Counted from the first letter of the stretch, positions 1 to 10,700 are shown. The stretch is 64,000 nt of DNA from an uncultured Candidatus Saccharibacteria bacterium (GCA_964459335.1 CAYWJX010000001.1:33642-97641); one strand, 5' to 3'. Notes: generated from the sequence alone by a model not told the origin. Translations and numbers: made by a program.

Positions 1-572
1 ATATCGCCCAAAAAACACAACCCTTGGCTGTCGGGGCGCGTAGCATTGGGTAATCCAAACTTTGCAGCCAATGCGCGCACTTCCGGTTTGCGCATTTCTC
101 CTATCGGGAAAAATGTGTGCTGCAACACCTCTTGTGGCACCATCCACAAAAAATAACTTTGGTCTTTTTCGGTATCGACTCCTGTATAGAGCAGTCCGTT
201 TTTTACCCGCGCGTAGTGCCCCGTTGCGACACACTCGGCGCCATGTGCGCGGGCAAAATCATAAAAAGCCCCGAATTTTATTTTTTGATTGCAAAGCGTA
301 TCCGGGTTTGGCGTCCTCCCCTTTCGCAGTTCGGAGATGGTGTGCGCAAATACTTCGTCCGCGTACTCTTTCGACAAATCAATTTCAATAAAAGGAATCT
401 TGAGGTGCGCAGCAACACGTTGAGCACTTATCTTATCCTCGCCCGCGCTACACGGATAGCCAGGTAGAGCAATGCGTATAAAAACACCGGTCACTTCATG
501 CCCCTGTTGTTGCAAAAGAGCCGCCGAAACAGCGGAGTCGACTCCTCCTGAGAGGCCTACAAATACTTTCAT
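1..572 (-). CDS. mnmA: tRNA 2-thiouridylase MnmA (3' end beyond window edge)
   Basis: Manual translation from ATG at 572: MKVFVGLSGGVDSAVSAALL...TPNPDTLCNQKIKF...ATGHYA...KDQSYFL...DSQGLCFLG, all MnmA motifs. Absent from the ORF track because it runs off the edge. Confidence 0.95.
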   Translation of the reverse strand, partial: MKVFVGLSGGVDSAVSAALLQQQGHEVTGVFIRIALPGYPCSAGEDKISAQRVAAHLKIPFIEIDLSKEYADEVFAHTISELRKGRTPNPDTLCNQKIKFGAFYDFARAHGAECVATGHYARVKNGLLYTGVDTEKDQSYFLWMVPQEVLQHTFFPIGEMRKPEVRALAAKFGLPNATRPDSQGLCFLGD

Positions 573-675
573 AAGATTGTTATAGCCTTTTTATACAAAA
601 AGAAAAAGCCCCGGACACTGTGTTATCCAGGGCTTAAGTTGCAAAGCCCGCTTATACTGCGCGGGTTGTTATTTT

Positions 676-1293
676 TCAAGCGTGGCGTAGAGTTCGACGA
701 GATTCCCGCCTTTTTTTCAAGAGGGGGAACTCTATGTCCATATTCTTAAGCCTACGACAGCTTTCGAGGTCGGACTCACGTGCTTTCTCAATTACCACGT
801 AGGCCTCTTTGTACAGATAAATACGACCTTCTCGAGTCGTCGGGTCATATTTCACTGCAACAAAGAGTTGCTGGGCGTCCGGGGTATTCGTCCCGGCCTG
901 CTCTTGGATAGCAAACCAATAGTCATGCGCGATGAAACCGAATATTAGATCGTCGCCACCGTTGTCAGTGTTGACCACGCTGACCATAATACTAATCTCT
1001 TCCGTCACCCAGTCTTCAAGGACGAAGGTGTAAAGCGCAGGAATATTATTGCGGTGCGTGTTGCGCGGCGGATAGAGCTGATAGATGAGATCTAGCTTGC
1101 CAGCCGCCTTACCTTTAACCAACGGCAGGCAGATGGCTTTTTTCGGGTCCGACAGATCTAACAACGCTCGGACGATTCGAGGATGAAAAAGTGCATATCT
1201 TGCGGTCATAACGACCTCCCACTTGTTGCCTTTCTGAGAGGCAGGAAAGGCGTCTGCCCTTCTCTTGACCTCACGGCCAAGCGACCAGTTCAT
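676..1293 (-). CDS. hypothetical protein
   Basis: 205 aa ORF, no recognised motif. Confidence 0.55.
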   Translation of the reverse strand: MNWSLGREVKRRADAFPASQKGNKWEVVMTARYALFHPRIVRALLDLSDPKKAICLPLVKGKAAGKLDLIYQLYPPRNTHRNNIPALYTFVLEDWVTEEISIMVSVVNTDNGGDDLIFGFIAHDYWFAIQEQAGTNTPDAQQLFVAVKYDPTTREGRIYLYKEAYVVIEKARESDLESCRRLKNMDIEFPLLKKRRESRRTLRHA

Positions 1294-1339
1294 AACGAAC
1301 TGGAATTCTGGATTGATTATACAATTTTCAAAACAAATG

Positions 1340-2389
1340 TCAATTGTTTAAATATTTTTTCTCGTTTGCCAATTGACAGGCAAAGGTTGCGCAGTAATGC
1401 ATCGTGCCATTGAGATCGGAGAGGTAATACAGATCTTTGGTTTTAGTTGGCATTACTGCGGCTAAAATCGAGTCGAGGCTCGGGTTCGATATCGGCCCCG
1501 GCGGCAACCCTGCGTATACATAGGTGTTGTAGGGCGAGTCGGTTTGCAAGTCGGCGCGGGTCAATTGGAGCGAATTGACGCCGATAATGTAGGGGAACAC
1601 CGAGTCGACCTGGAGCTTCATGCCGATTGCGATGCGATGCCACAAAATACCCGCTATCATCTCGCGGTCTTTGGTGGTGGCGCCTTCTTTTTCCAAAATA
1701 GAGGCCATAGTAAGAATCTGATTTTGTGATTTGCCAAATGTAGCTATCGCGGCGGCCGTGCTCGAGGCGGTTATATGATTTTGAAAGTTGGTAAGCAGAG
1801 CGTTTAAGACTTCGTCCGAATTTTCGCCCGGCAAAAAGAGATACGTATCCGGAAACAGCATGCCTTCGTCTGGTTTTGCCGCTTGCAAAAACGCGTTTGC
1901 ATCAAAGTCCGGGATATCTTGCGCAAGGAGCGCGGCTATTTGAGTTGAAGTTGCCCCCTCGGGGATGCGCACGCGCACCGGCGAAAGTTCCCTATCGCCG
2001 TGTACCAAACGCCACACCACAGTAAAAAGATTTTCCGAACCCGGGAAAAAGTACTCGCCCGACACAAGAGGGGCATTGTGACCATAAAAATGTAACACCA
2101 ACCTAAACAAATACGGAGAGTTTATAACATGTCGCTCTTCGAGCAATGTAGCCACCTGACTCGGCGTTGAACCGCTTGGTACGTTAAGAAGTGACGCGTT
2201 TGGAAAATTAAGAGGTGCAGCTATGGTAACAAAATAGATGAGAAAAATGAGAATGCCGCCCAAAAACGCGGCCGGTAACACGCGGTCATACATGCGCGCT
2301 TCGCGGCACCACGCGTCGCATACGTCTTTGGTGCGGATTATATGCTGACGCACACGATGATGGAAGGGGGCCGGTTTTTCTGGGTCCAT
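1340..2389 (-). CDS. mltG: endolytic transglycosylase MltG (YceG family)
   Basis: N-terminal TM helix; EGMLFPDTY, ASILEKE, SPYNTY..GLPPGPISNP motifs. Confidence 0.93.
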   Translation of the reverse strand: MDPEKPAPFHHRVRQHIIRTKDVCDAWCREARMYDRVLPAAFLGGILIFLIYFVTIAAPLNFPNASLLNVPSGSTPSQVATLLEERHVINSPYLFRLVLHFYGHNAPLVSGEYFFPGSENLFTVVWRLVHGDRELSPVRVRIPEGATSTQIAALLAQDIPDFDANAFLQAAKPDEGMLFPDTYLFLPGENSDEVLNALLTNFQNHITASSTAAAIATFGKSQNQILTMASILEKEGATTKDREMIAGILWHRIAIGMKLQVDSVFPYIIGVNSLQLTRADLQTDSPYNTYVYAGLPPGPISNPSLDSILAAVMPTKTKDLYYLSDLNGTMHYCATFACQLANEKKYLNN

Positions 2390-2407
2390 GAAAAAAAGAA
2401 AGGATGA

Positions 2408-3754
2408 TTATATCGGTAAATTTGCCGGAGCTTCGGCGCGACGGCTGGGCATGCGCTGTAAGGTTGGCGTATGCGCCACCTTGCCCGGCAAGTGCCACAA
2501 CGAAGCAAGCTCTTCGGTATTGAGCGCGATGTGGAAGTCTTTGTTCGGAGGATAAAAATACTGCCTTGTCACGTAACCTTGATAAAACTTTTTCTTAAGC
2601 CAGCGTCTGCGGATACCCATAAAATCATGCCATGGAACGTTAAAAGGGCCTACCCAAAAAATAGGTTTAAGACCATTAAGCCCTATACCGTTGGAACCGT
2701 GTTCAAACGAGCGGAACATGGTCGGGATAGGACTGTTGCGAATACTGCCCTTCCACACCTCTTTGCGCGCAATATAAAAAGTGCGGATGCCAACATCAAA
2801 AATGGGTTTATTGAGCTTCTCGCCTATTGCTTTAATAGCCTCTTTGTCTTCATCCGGCACACGCGAAAAGTTTGGAATAGCTTTGCCTTCGGCTGTTTTG
2901 TCGACATTATATTTTTTGCCGATTTCATCTACGACGATTCGGGCCCAATGATCGAGACGCAGGGCGTGATAATGTGCTTCTTCACTGTCTTCCGACCAAT
3001 AGCACTTGGTGTGGCCCCTAATGATGATTTGTGACCATACATGCTCGCCCGGACCGATGGAGCCCATAAACTCAATAACCGAGTTGAGCGGGTCGGTCTT
3101 AAACTCCTCTTTCATGTCGGCCTTGTCCAAGCCCCATGCCTTGTAAGTCATGATGGGGTACGGGTCGGGTTTTTGCAGTTGCTGTTCAACTCCCCACAAA
3201 TCGTACTCGCCGGAGCTCCACGGCACGGCGAGCGTGTAATCGGGCACTTCCGCCACTTGCACCGATGGGTAGTGCGCATACAGTTGCGACTTGATCCTTT
3301 CTTTGAATTTATCGCGAGTCCAAATATAAAAGCGAACTGCGCCTTCGGTCGAAACTATCTCAAGTGAGAACCACGGTTTGGTAAAGCCAAGCCATCCATG
3401 CAACGGTGTATCAACCTCGCCGGTATCGTATAGCGTACGGATAACCAGCTCGGCCGCAGCGGGGCTCTGGGTAATTTCCTCTGGAAGCTTGATTTCAAGC
3501 AATGTGTGCTTGGTGCTCCAGTATTTTTTTTGCTGCCGGTATTCAAGCCCTGCATTGTTTGCTAACAGATACAGTAACACCGGCAACACAAACGGCGCCG
3601 ATGCGAGCAAAAACCCCCATATTAAAATCCATTCATCAAAATGGAAGGGTATCCACACCACCATAAAATACAACAACACCAGCGTAACGTACGGGACGTC
3701 CAACGCATATGTCATGAGATTTTTACGGAACGTCTCCTTATAGAACTCTCCCAT
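2408..3754 (-). CDS. conserved CPR-type membrane-anchored hypothetical protein
   Basis: N-terminal TMs; LLEIKLP, FSLEIVS, QLYAHYPSVQVAE, LNTEELASLWHLP motifs resemble a common CPR family. Confidence 0.7.
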   Translation of the reverse strand: MGEFYKETFRKNLMTYALDVPYVTLVLLYFMVVWIPFHFDEWILIWGFLLASAPFVLPVLLYLLANNAGLEYRQQKKYWSTKHTLLEIKLPEEITQSPAAAELVIRTLYDTGEVDTPLHGWLGFTKPWFSLEIVSTEGAVRFYIWTRDKFKERIKSQLYAHYPSVQVAEVPDYTLAVPWSSGEYDLWGVEQQLQKPDPYPIMTYKAWGLDKADMKEEFKTDPLNSVIEFMGSIGPGEHVWSQIIIRGHTKCYWSEDSEEAHYHALRLDHWARIVVDEIGKKYNVDKTAEGKAIPNFSRVPDEDKEAIKAIGEKLNKPIFDVGIRTFYIARKEVWKGSIRNSPIPTMFRSFEHGSNGIGLNGLKPIFWVGPFNVPWHDFMGIRRRWLKKKFYQGYVTRQYFYPPNKDFHIALNTEELASLWHLPGKVAHTPTLQRMPSRRAEAPANLPI

Positions 3755-3795
3755 GCAAATATCTTAGCACACGAAAAATCCCCTTTCGGGGGATT

Positions 3796-4839
3796 TTATT
3801 TCAATAAAGTAAACTTGCCGTCTTTGCCGCGCTTAAAGTATTTTTGATTTTGGAGGTTGACCACCACCGTGCCCGGTTTTACATGGCGCTCTTTAAGCAC
3901 CTTTTCGACAATTTGCTCGCGGGTCAAGGGGCCGGTTTCGCGCAAGATGTTGCGGATAACGTCGCGCACGACGCCCTCGGCATATCCCCACTCCTTGAGC
4001 GCGTACATGCCGCGGCCCACCAACACAAAGCGGTCGTCTTTGATAAGCTCGTTGTGCGTAGTGGCCACGTGCGCCGCGCGGTTAAACATCTTTTCGATAA
4101 GCGCGGCAACTTCTTTAAAATGGAGCGGTGAGCCGTGTTTTTTAACCGCCAAATAAGCATAGTCACGAATGCCTTTAGTCCGCACATTGCTCGAGTGCGC
4201 CTGACCCCACTCGCCGAGCGGATTTTTGCCGACTTTTTTAGAAATTTTAAGCCAGCGCTTGATGACCTCGTCGTTGCGATGCTTGTCGTTAACCTCTTGG
4301 AGCTCTTTGAGGAAGCGGTCTATCATCTCGCCCTCGGGTATCAAGTCTTCGTCGGAGAGGCCTTCGTATAGATTTTTGAGCGCGCTCTCAACTTTGGTGG
4401 CAAGCTCCAGGTCGACATACCAACAACGATTGATTTCGTCGTCCTCTTTTTTGTATTTAAACGAGTCGCCAAGCACGAGGAGGAAGTAGATGTGATTTTG
4501 CATCGACTTGTCTTTGGTGATGAAATTAAGCAAATCATCCTCGCATACGATGCCGCCCAAGCTGTCGACAATGCGCTCAAGCTCGTGGAAGGCGGCTTCG
4601 GCCTCGCCAAAAGCAGGCGATTTTTTAAGGGTGCCTAGTGCGTGATTTTCAATCTGGCGAACGCGCTCGCGTGTGATGCCGTATTTTTTGCCTATCGACT
4701 CGAGCGTGACGCGCTCGGGGAGCACGCCCAAACCAAAACGCGCCTCAAGCACCGTGCGCGAGCGCTCGGGGAGGCTCTGGAGCAATTTGCGCACTATTGC
4801 TTTGGGTTTAAAACCGGTTTTGTCGCCTGTGGGTGCCAT
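3796..4839 (-). CDS. sigma-70 region 4-like HTH fused to HARE-HTH (RNA polymerase delta-like) domains
   Basis: RFGL...TLESIGKKYGITRERVRQIE (sigma R4); PLHFKEVA...HNELIKDDRFVLVGRGMYALKEWG (HARE-HTH). Confidence 0.8.
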   Translation of the reverse strand: MAPTGDKTGFKPKAIVRKLLQSLPERSRTVLEARFGLGVLPERVTLESIGKKYGITRERVRQIENHALGTLKKSPAFGEAEAAFHELERIVDSLGGIVCEDDLLNFITKDKSMQNHIYFLLVLGDSFKYKKEDDEINRCWYVDLELATKVESALKNLYEGLSDEDLIPEGEMIDRFLKELQEVNDKHRNDEVIKRWLKISKKVGKNPLGEWGQAHSSNVRTKGIRDYAYLAVKKHGSPLHFKEVAALIEKMFNRAAHVATTHNELIKDDRFVLVGRGMYALKEWGYAEGVVRDVIRNILRETGPLTREQIVEKVLKERHVKPGTVVVNLQNQKYFKRGKDGKFTLLK

Positions 4840-4890
4840 ATCGTGTGTCTTAATATATCACACTCTACTGCGGGGGTCAAACACTGTCAA

Positions 4891-4930
4891 CTCCGACGCT
4901 TTGGTCGGAGCCCCGACCTATGCGTCGGGG
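4891..4930. repeat. tandem pair of short CCGAC-N-GTCGG hairpins (REP-like) overlapping the leuS stop
   Basis: ctccgacgctttggtcggag followed directly by ccccgacctatgcgtcgggg. Confidence 0.65.
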
Positions 4931-7239
4931 ATCTCTTCCATTACTACGAAGTTAATAATCCGCCCCGGGACATAAATTGTCTTAACTTCCTTGCCCTTTG
5001 CGAGCCAAGCGGCCACAGCCGGGTTGGCGCGGGCTGCCGCCAGAGCCTCCGCCTCCGGAGCATCCGTAGCGAGTTCAATTGAGCCGCGCACCTTGCCGTT
5101 TATTTGTAGGGCAATAGTAACCGTTGCCGAAACGAGTTTTGAAACATCTGCCGAAGGCCAAGCGGATATGTGGATAGACTCTGCATGCCCAAGATCCTCC
5201 CACAGCTCATCGGCAATGTGCGGCGCAAAGGGCGCGAATATTTGTAAAAACTTTTCCCACTGCATGCGACCGACCGTGCCCTCTTTTTCGAAAGCATTGA
5301 GACAAATCATCATCTGACTTATTGCCGTATTAAATTTAAACGCCTCAATATCTTCACTCACCTTTTTAACCGCCTGCTCAATAATGGAGTCGAGCGCCGG
5401 TACTTGCTCATCCACGATCTTTTCGTGCAGCCTCCACACACGCTCGACAAACCGTGCGGTGCCAACGATTGCATTAGTATTCCAGAGGGTAGTGTTTTCG
5501 AACGGACCTATAAACATCTCATATAAACGGAAGGTGTCGGCGCCATACTGAGCCACTACATCGTCAGGGTTGATGATGTTGCCGTATCGTTTGCTCATTT
5601 TGCGCCCGTCTTCGGCCAAAATAAAACCAAGGAACTCAAGCCGCTTAAATGGCTCCGGCACAGTCACCGCGCCGATGTCATACAAAAATTTGTGCCAAAA
5701 TCGCGCGTAAATAAGATGCCGGACCGCATGGTCACCGCCGACATACACATCTACCGGGTCCCAATACGCCTCACGTTCTTTGCCGACCAGTACTTCTGTA
5801 TTGCGCGGGTCCATAAATCGCAAATAGTACCAGCTTGAGCCTGCCCATTGCGGCATGGTGTTGGTCTCGCGCTTGGCAGGGCCCCCACATGTGGGGCACG
5901 TGGTATTGACCCACTCGGGAATGTTAGCCAACGGTGACTCGCCGGTGCCGCTTGGTTCGTAAGCCTCTACATCAGGCAAAAGCACAGGCAAATCTTTTTC
6001 GGGTACGGCAACGGCGCCATCTTTAGGACAGTGGATTATCGGTATAGGCTCGCCCCAATATCGCTGGCGCGAAAAGACCCAATCTTTGAGCTTGTACATG
6101 GTGGTCATCCGGCCGCCAACCTGCTCTGTTATTTTTTTGCCGTCAACAAATGGCTCATCTTTTACCGGCAAATCAAATTTTTTGGCAAACTCCGCGTCAC
6201 GCTCGTCGTGCGCGGGCACGGCCATAATAGCTCCGGTGCCGTAGCCGTCGAGCACGTAATCGGCAATAAACACCGGGATCTCTTCTTGATTGGCAGGATT
6301 GATTGCTTTGATTCCTTTAAGCTCAATGCCGGTTTTTTCCTTCCCTTCCGCATTGCGCTCGATATCGCTTTTTGCTCGGGATGCTTCGATATATCGAAGT
6401 ACCTCGTCTTTATTTTGTATCTCCGCCAAAAGTTCTCGTATCAGCATATGCTCCGGTGCAAGCACCATATAGGTTGCACCGAAGAGCGTATCCGGCCGCG
6501 TGGTAAACACTTTTATTTTTTTGTCCGAGCTTTTGATAGCAAAATCTATTTCGGCGCCTTCGCTCCTGCCAATCCAGTTGCGCTGCGCTTCTTTGATATG
6601 CTCGGGCCAGTCGAGCAAACTAAGGTCGTCGAGCATGCGGTCGGCGTAGGCGGTTATTTTAAGTACCCATTGCGGGAGTGCCTTTTTTTCCACCTTAGTG
6701 CCGCAACGCTCACACAAGTCGCCGTCCAAGTCTTCGTTGGCAAGGCCGGTCATACATGAAGGACACCAATTGATGGGCTCGTTTGACTGGTAGGCCAAGC
6801 CTTTTTTAAACAGTTGCAAAAAAATCCACTGCGTCCATTTGTAATACTCCGGGTCGGTCGTGTTAATCTCGCGGCTCCAATCGTAGTCAAAACCAATTTT
6901 AGAAAGCTGTGATTTAAAATTGGCTATATTTTTTTCGACCGCCTTGCGCGGGTGCACGTTATTTTTGAGCGCGTAATTTTCGGCGGGAAGGCCAAAGGCG
7001 TCCCACCCCATCGGATGTAAAACATTTTTGCCTTGCATGCGGCAGTGGCGCGAGTAGATGTCGGTTGCAATATATCCGCGCGGGTGCCCCACGTGGAGCC
7101 CCTCCCCCGACGGGTACGGAAACATATCGAGCACAAATGTTTTTGGCTTATCCGAGTTTTCGGCTGTTTTGTATATGCCGGATTCTTCCCACTTTTTTTG
7201 CCACTTTTTTTCGATTTTTTTATGGTCGTACGTACTCAT
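4918..7239 (-). CDS. leuS: leucine--tRNA ligase
   Basis: MFPYPSGEGLHVGH (HIGH), GWDAFGLPAEN, TTRPDT editing domain, KMSKR. Confidence 0.97.
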   Translation of the reverse strand: MSTYDHKKIEKKWQKKWEESGIYKTAENSDKPKTFVLDMFPYPSGEGLHVGHPRGYIATDIYSRHCRMQGKNVLHPMGWDAFGLPAENYALKNNVHPRKAVEKNIANFKSQLSKIGFDYDWSREINTTDPEYYKWTQWIFLQLFKKGLAYQSNEPINWCPSCMTGLANEDLDGDLCERCGTKVEKKALPQWVLKITAYADRMLDDLSLLDWPEHIKEAQRNWIGRSEGAEIDFAIKSSDKKIKVFTTRPDTLFGATYMVLAPEHMLIRELLAEIQNKDEVLRYIEASRAKSDIERNAEGKEKTGIELKGIKAINPANQEEIPVFIADYVLDGYGTGAIMAVPAHDERDAEFAKKFDLPVKDEPFVDGKKITEQVGGRMTTMYKLKDWVFSRQRYWGEPIPIIHCPKDGAVAVPEKDLPVLLPDVEAYEPSGTGESPLANIPEWVNTTCPTCGGPAKRETNTMPQWAGSSWYYLRFMDPRNTEVLVGKEREAYWDPVDVYVGGDHAVRHLIYARFWHKFLYDIGAVTVPEPFKRLEFLGFILAEDGRKMSKRYGNIINPDDVVAQYGADTFRLYEMFIGPFENTTLWNTNAIVGTARFVERVWRLHEKIVDEQVPALDSIIEQAVKKVSEDIEAFKFNTAISQMMICLNAFEKEGTVGRMQWEKFLQIFAPFAPHIADELWEDLGHAESIHISAWPSADVSKLVSATVTIALQINGKVRGSIELATDAPEAEALAAARANPAVAAWLAKGKEVKTIYVPGRIINFVVMEEIPDA

Positions 7240-7276
7240 GCGCAAAGGTTCTGTAGACACGCCGTGTCTACCAAAT

Positions 7277-8248
7277 TTATTTAACGGGAGTAGTGGCGTT
7301 TACCGGATACAGCGCCGGGTCGATAGTGCGGATAAAGCATGTTTGGCCCGTGCCATGCTGCCAATTGTTGCCCATCGAAAGAGTACCACCCACGCTGCCC
7401 GCCGGCACGGGCACACTTGCGTAGCCGCTCGTTGGCTGAGGCTCGCCGTTGCTATCGCGGCCAAACGTGGCGCATAACTCAAAAGTATGAGCACCATCGA
7501 CAACATATCGATATGATTGCCCATTTTGCGGGTCGGTGGGCACGCTGTAGTTGGAGATAGAGTCGTTGAGTTCTGCAATCCCGCCGGGTAGTTTGCCCTC
7601 GTGCTGCCAGTAATACAACACTTGCGATTGAATATTTTGAAGGTCGGCCACGCGCTCCGAGTCGAGGAGCGCAACGCGTGCTTGCATCGGCGTGCCGACG
7701 ATAAAAAATCCCGCGCCGATGGCGAGCACTACTAACAAGCCCGCACCATAGCCCACGCGATGCAAGCGCTCAGGGAACTCTCCCCAATATCCCCACAAGT
7801 CGGCAATAAAGTGCATACACACCCCCGCCGATACCAAAAACACCAGCGCCACTTTAAAGAGGAAGGGTGTTGTAAGCGTCTCACCACTGAGAAAGGTGTT
7901 AAGCAACACAATGAGGTCAATGGCCATGGTGATGCCCGCTATAAAAAGCGTAAACACCAGCGCCCATCGGCGTACCCACACCTCGCTGCGATTCCGGTCG
8001 CGCGCAATATCGCGATGTATCAAGTACATAAGCACAAAAAAGAGCGGGAACATTACAATGAGCGATGCCATGTAGTAGCTAATGCCGCTTTGATAGGGAT
8101 CGACATAATATCCTTGGAACAGATTGGGAAACGCGTAGTCGAGATATTTAAACAAGAGGCTCAAAAAAGAAAAAACACTCATGTAAAGCGACACCATCGC
8201 TCCCGCCCAGAGAAAGAAATCTTTTGGTGTTGTCCGTGGCTTGTCCAT
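7277..8248 (-). CDS. DUF5671-like membrane protein
   Basis: Multiple TMs; TPKDFFL and D.ERVADLQNIQ..DP.NG..YRY...FELCATF pattern typical of CPR proteins. Confidence 0.7.
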   Translation of the reverse strand: MDKPRTTPKDFFLWAGAMVSLYMSVFSFLSLLFKYLDYAFPNLFQGYYVDPYQSGISYYMASLIVMFPLFFVLMYLIHRDIARDRNRSEVWVRRWALVFTLFIAGITMAIDLIVLLNTFLSGETLTTPFLFKVALVFLVSAGVCMHFIADLWGYWGEFPERLHRVGYGAGLLVVLAIGAGFFIVGTPMQARVALLDSERVADLQNIQSQVLYYWQHEGKLPGGIAELNDSISNYSVPTDPQNGQSYRYVVDGAHTFELCATFGRDSNGEPQPTSGYASVPVPAGSVGGTLSMGNNWQHGTGQTCFIRTIDPALYPVNATTPVK

Positions 8249-8349
8249 ATATAAAAAATAATTAGAGAATATGTTTACAGCATAGCATATTTGAGCTTCT
8301 GTCAAAATCTGGTACAAAGATAGTAGATTTGACCTTGAAAGGCTCTATC

Positions 8350-8592
8350 ATGACCAAAGAACAGCTGAGGCAACTGCCACTAACTAGCCAGGAAGACATC
8401 TATAGGCAATTTTATTCGGCTTATCTCATTGCAGTCGAATCAGATCAAATGGATTTGGAAATACGTTACGTCAAATGTATTAACCAGTTTCGTGAGATAT
8501 TTAATTTCTCAACTGCGACTATAGAAAAACTGGAAGCGGCCGTACGCTACTCCCATAAATGGGCCGCAAAAATTCTTCGGGAGCACAGATAG
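8350..8592 (+). CDS. hypothetical protein
   Basis: short AT-rich ORF filling the gap between two minus-strand genes. Confidence 0.5.
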   Translation: MTKEQLRQLPLTSQEDIYRQFYSAYLIAVESDQMDLEIRYVKCINQFREIFNFSTATIEKLEAAVRYSHKWAAKILREHR

Positions 8593-8623
8593 TCTGTACT
8601 ATATGTACGGACTTTTTTATTTA

Positions 8624-9601
8624 CTAACTGTGTAAAAACTCTATCACATCGCCGTCTTTGACGACGTACTCCTTCCCTTCTGTTTTGAGGAGGCCAAGCT
8701 CGCGCGCTTTTGCGTACGAGCCCGCATCAAGCAACGTTTGCCAGTTGATCACCTCGGCGCGGATAAACTTATGGTAAAAGTCGGTGTGTATCGCCGCGCC
8801 CGCCTCGGGCGCGGTAGAGCCTAAGGGAACAGTCCACGCACGGCTCTCGTCGGCGCCGGTGGTAAAAAAACTCATAAGGCCGAGCAATTGGTATGCGCCA
8901 ACGATAAGCCCGCCCACACCGTCATCAAAGACGCCGTACTCTTGCCTAAAACTTGCTTTATCGTCGCCTTGCAAATCGCGTAACTCGTTTTCGATGTTGG
9001 CATCGACGACCACCCATTGTTTGTCCGCCAAAAAATCCATGAGCCTCATCCAGCGCTCGTCATGCGGTGTCTCGTCCAAATTGTGGCCGCCCGCTTCGCG
9101 GTTGAGTACGTACAGCATCGGTTTTTCGGATAATTTTTTGAGCGGCGGCAACTCCTTGCCTTTTTTTGCTTCGCGTCTTTCTTCTTGTTCCAAATCGGCG
9201 AGTTCGAGCTCGGTGTTAACAAGCCCGATGTCATGCACCGGATCAAGGTAAGGCTGCGTGCTGGCGATGTTGGGGTTTTCGAATATCCGCACCACGTGCG
9301 CAATGGCATCAACCTCGCGGATGTGGGATAAAAATTGATTGCCCAACCCCTCGCCCTCGGAGGCACCCTTAACGAGGCCGGCAATATCGACAAACTCGAT
9401 AGCCGCCGGCACCACTTTTGCCGAGCTCGAAAACGCGGCAAGCTTGTCGAGCCTCTCATCCGGCACGGCAACAACACCCACCGACGGGTCAATGGTTGCA
9501 AAAGGATAGTTGGCAATCAGTACGCTCTTTTTGGTAATAGCCTGAAAGAGCGTCGACTTGCCGACATTGGGCAACCCCACGATGCCTACCGATAATCCCA
9601 T
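8624..9601 (-). CDS. ychF: ribosome-binding ATPase YchF (shortened helical domain)
   Basis: GLPNVGKSTLF, ANYPFATIDP, DIAGLVKGAS.GEGLGNQFL, C-terminal TGS EGKEYVVKDGD. Confidence 0.95.
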   Translation of the reverse strand: MGLSVGIVGLPNVGKSTLFQAITKKSVLIANYPFATIDPSVGVVAVPDERLDKLAAFSSSAKVVPAAIEFVDIAGLVKGASEGEGLGNQFLSHIREVDAIAHVVRIFENPNIASTQPYLDPVHDIGLVNTELELADLEQEERREAKKGKELPPLKKLSEKPMLYVLNREAGGHNLDETPHDERWMRLMDFLADKQWVVVDANIENELRDLQGDDKASFRQEYGVFDDGVGGLIVGAYQLLGLMSFFTTGADESRAWTVPLGSTAPEAGAAIHTDFYHKFIRAEVINWQTLLDAGSYAKARELGLLKTEGKEYVVKDGDVIEFLHS

Positions 9602-9654
9602 AGATGCCTTGCACTATATACTTTTTTTGCCTATTCGGCCAATTGGGTGAGTTT

Positions 9655-10596
9655 TTATTTCTTTGCTTCTAACTCCGCGGGATTTTTAGGCATGACATTA
9701 AGCGCCATTGCCGAGGTTCCGCCGGGGAGCGTGGTGAGCGTCGATTTTGGCTCCGGAGATGGCACCGGCGTGGTTGGCGTTGCGGGGAGCGACACGGTAT
9801 CAGAGCCGGGGGTTGCGGGTATTGGTTGGAGTGCCGGTACCTTTGGCAAAAACGGCGTGTCGGTTACTTTGATGCCGGGCGAAGCGGGGCTGGTGGGCAC
9901 AGGCGCAGACAGATCCGGAATAATTTTTATCTCTTTGGGCGGAATAAAATCTTTGGGCAAGGAAATCGGTTCGGGCATAGGAGGTGGCGGTGGCGGAGGT
10001 GCAACTTTAACTGGTGCAGGTGTAGGAATAGGTGCAGGAGCTGCATGAGGTATTTTTGCGGGAGGAGGTGGTGTCGGTTTTTTTGTTAGTGTTGTTTTTT
10101 TGTCACGGCGCATGACTACCAGTGCCTCCCAACACAACACAAAGCCGACAAGCCACACAGCATAGAGCGTGCCGAGATTAAACCACGTAGTGACCGGTGC
10201 CAAAATGTGTACCAAAAAAAGCGCGTACCACGTGCCGCCGATAATCCCCTCGACAACACTGAGTTTGCTTACGCGGCGTAATAAGGTAAGCGCTATTGCC
10301 AACACTATGAGCACCCACTTAAAGAGGAAGGCCGAGGCAAACACGGTGGCACTCTCCCCCGCTGTGAGATGCAGCGCTGTGATGCCGAGGCCCGAGAGGA
10401 CGATGAGCCAAAGTGCAACGACCATTACGCGCTTTATTGCGCGGGCGTATTGCGTCTCCTTCTCGTCCACTATGCCGTCGCGCATTGAGATGAGGTAAGC
10501 GGCAAGCATGATGGTCTCAGCCCCAACGCCGAGTGTTACGCCGAGTTGCTGTGCACAATAAAAAATGAGATTTAAAAAATCAGCACTCAAAAACAT
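9655..10596 (-). CDS. membrane protein with Pro/Thr-rich C-terminal tail
   Basis: about 5 hydrophobic segments then a low-complexity Pro-rich region. Confidence 0.7.
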   Translation of the reverse strand: MFLSADFLNLIFYCAQQLGVTLGVGAETIMLAAYLISMRDGIVDEKETQYARAIKRVMVVALWLIVLSGLGITALHLTAGESATVFASAFLFKWVLIVLAIALTLLRRVSKLSVVEGIIGGTWYALFLVHILAPVTTWFNLGTLYAVWLVGFVLCWEALVVMRRDKKTTLTKKPTPPPPAKIPHAAPAPIPTPAPVKVAPPPPPPPMPEPISLPKDFIPPKEIKIIPDLSAPVPTSPASPGIKVTDTPFLPKVPALQPIPATPGSDTVSLPATPTTPVPSPEPKSTLTTLPGGTSAMALNVMPKNPAELEAKK

Positions 10597-10622
10597 ACCA
10601 AAATTGTATCATGAGTTTTTTG

Positions 10623-10696
10623 TGGTGGACCTACGGGGAGTCGGACCCCGACCTCGTCCATGCCATGGACGCGTTCTACCGCTGAACTATAGGCCC
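10623..10696 (-). tRNA. tRNA-Ala(GGC)
   Basis: GGGCCTA acceptor, CGTCC-ATGGCAT-GGACG anticodon arm, encoded CCA. Confidence 0.92.
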
Positions 10697-10700
10697 AGAA

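Noticed and set aside
62-467. Plus-strand ORFs at the window start
   Set aside because: Antisense to the clear mnmA reading frame.
9655-10100. Tandem DNA repeat in the Pro-rich tail
   Set aside because: Low-complexity protein sequence without a consistent nucleotide repeat unit.
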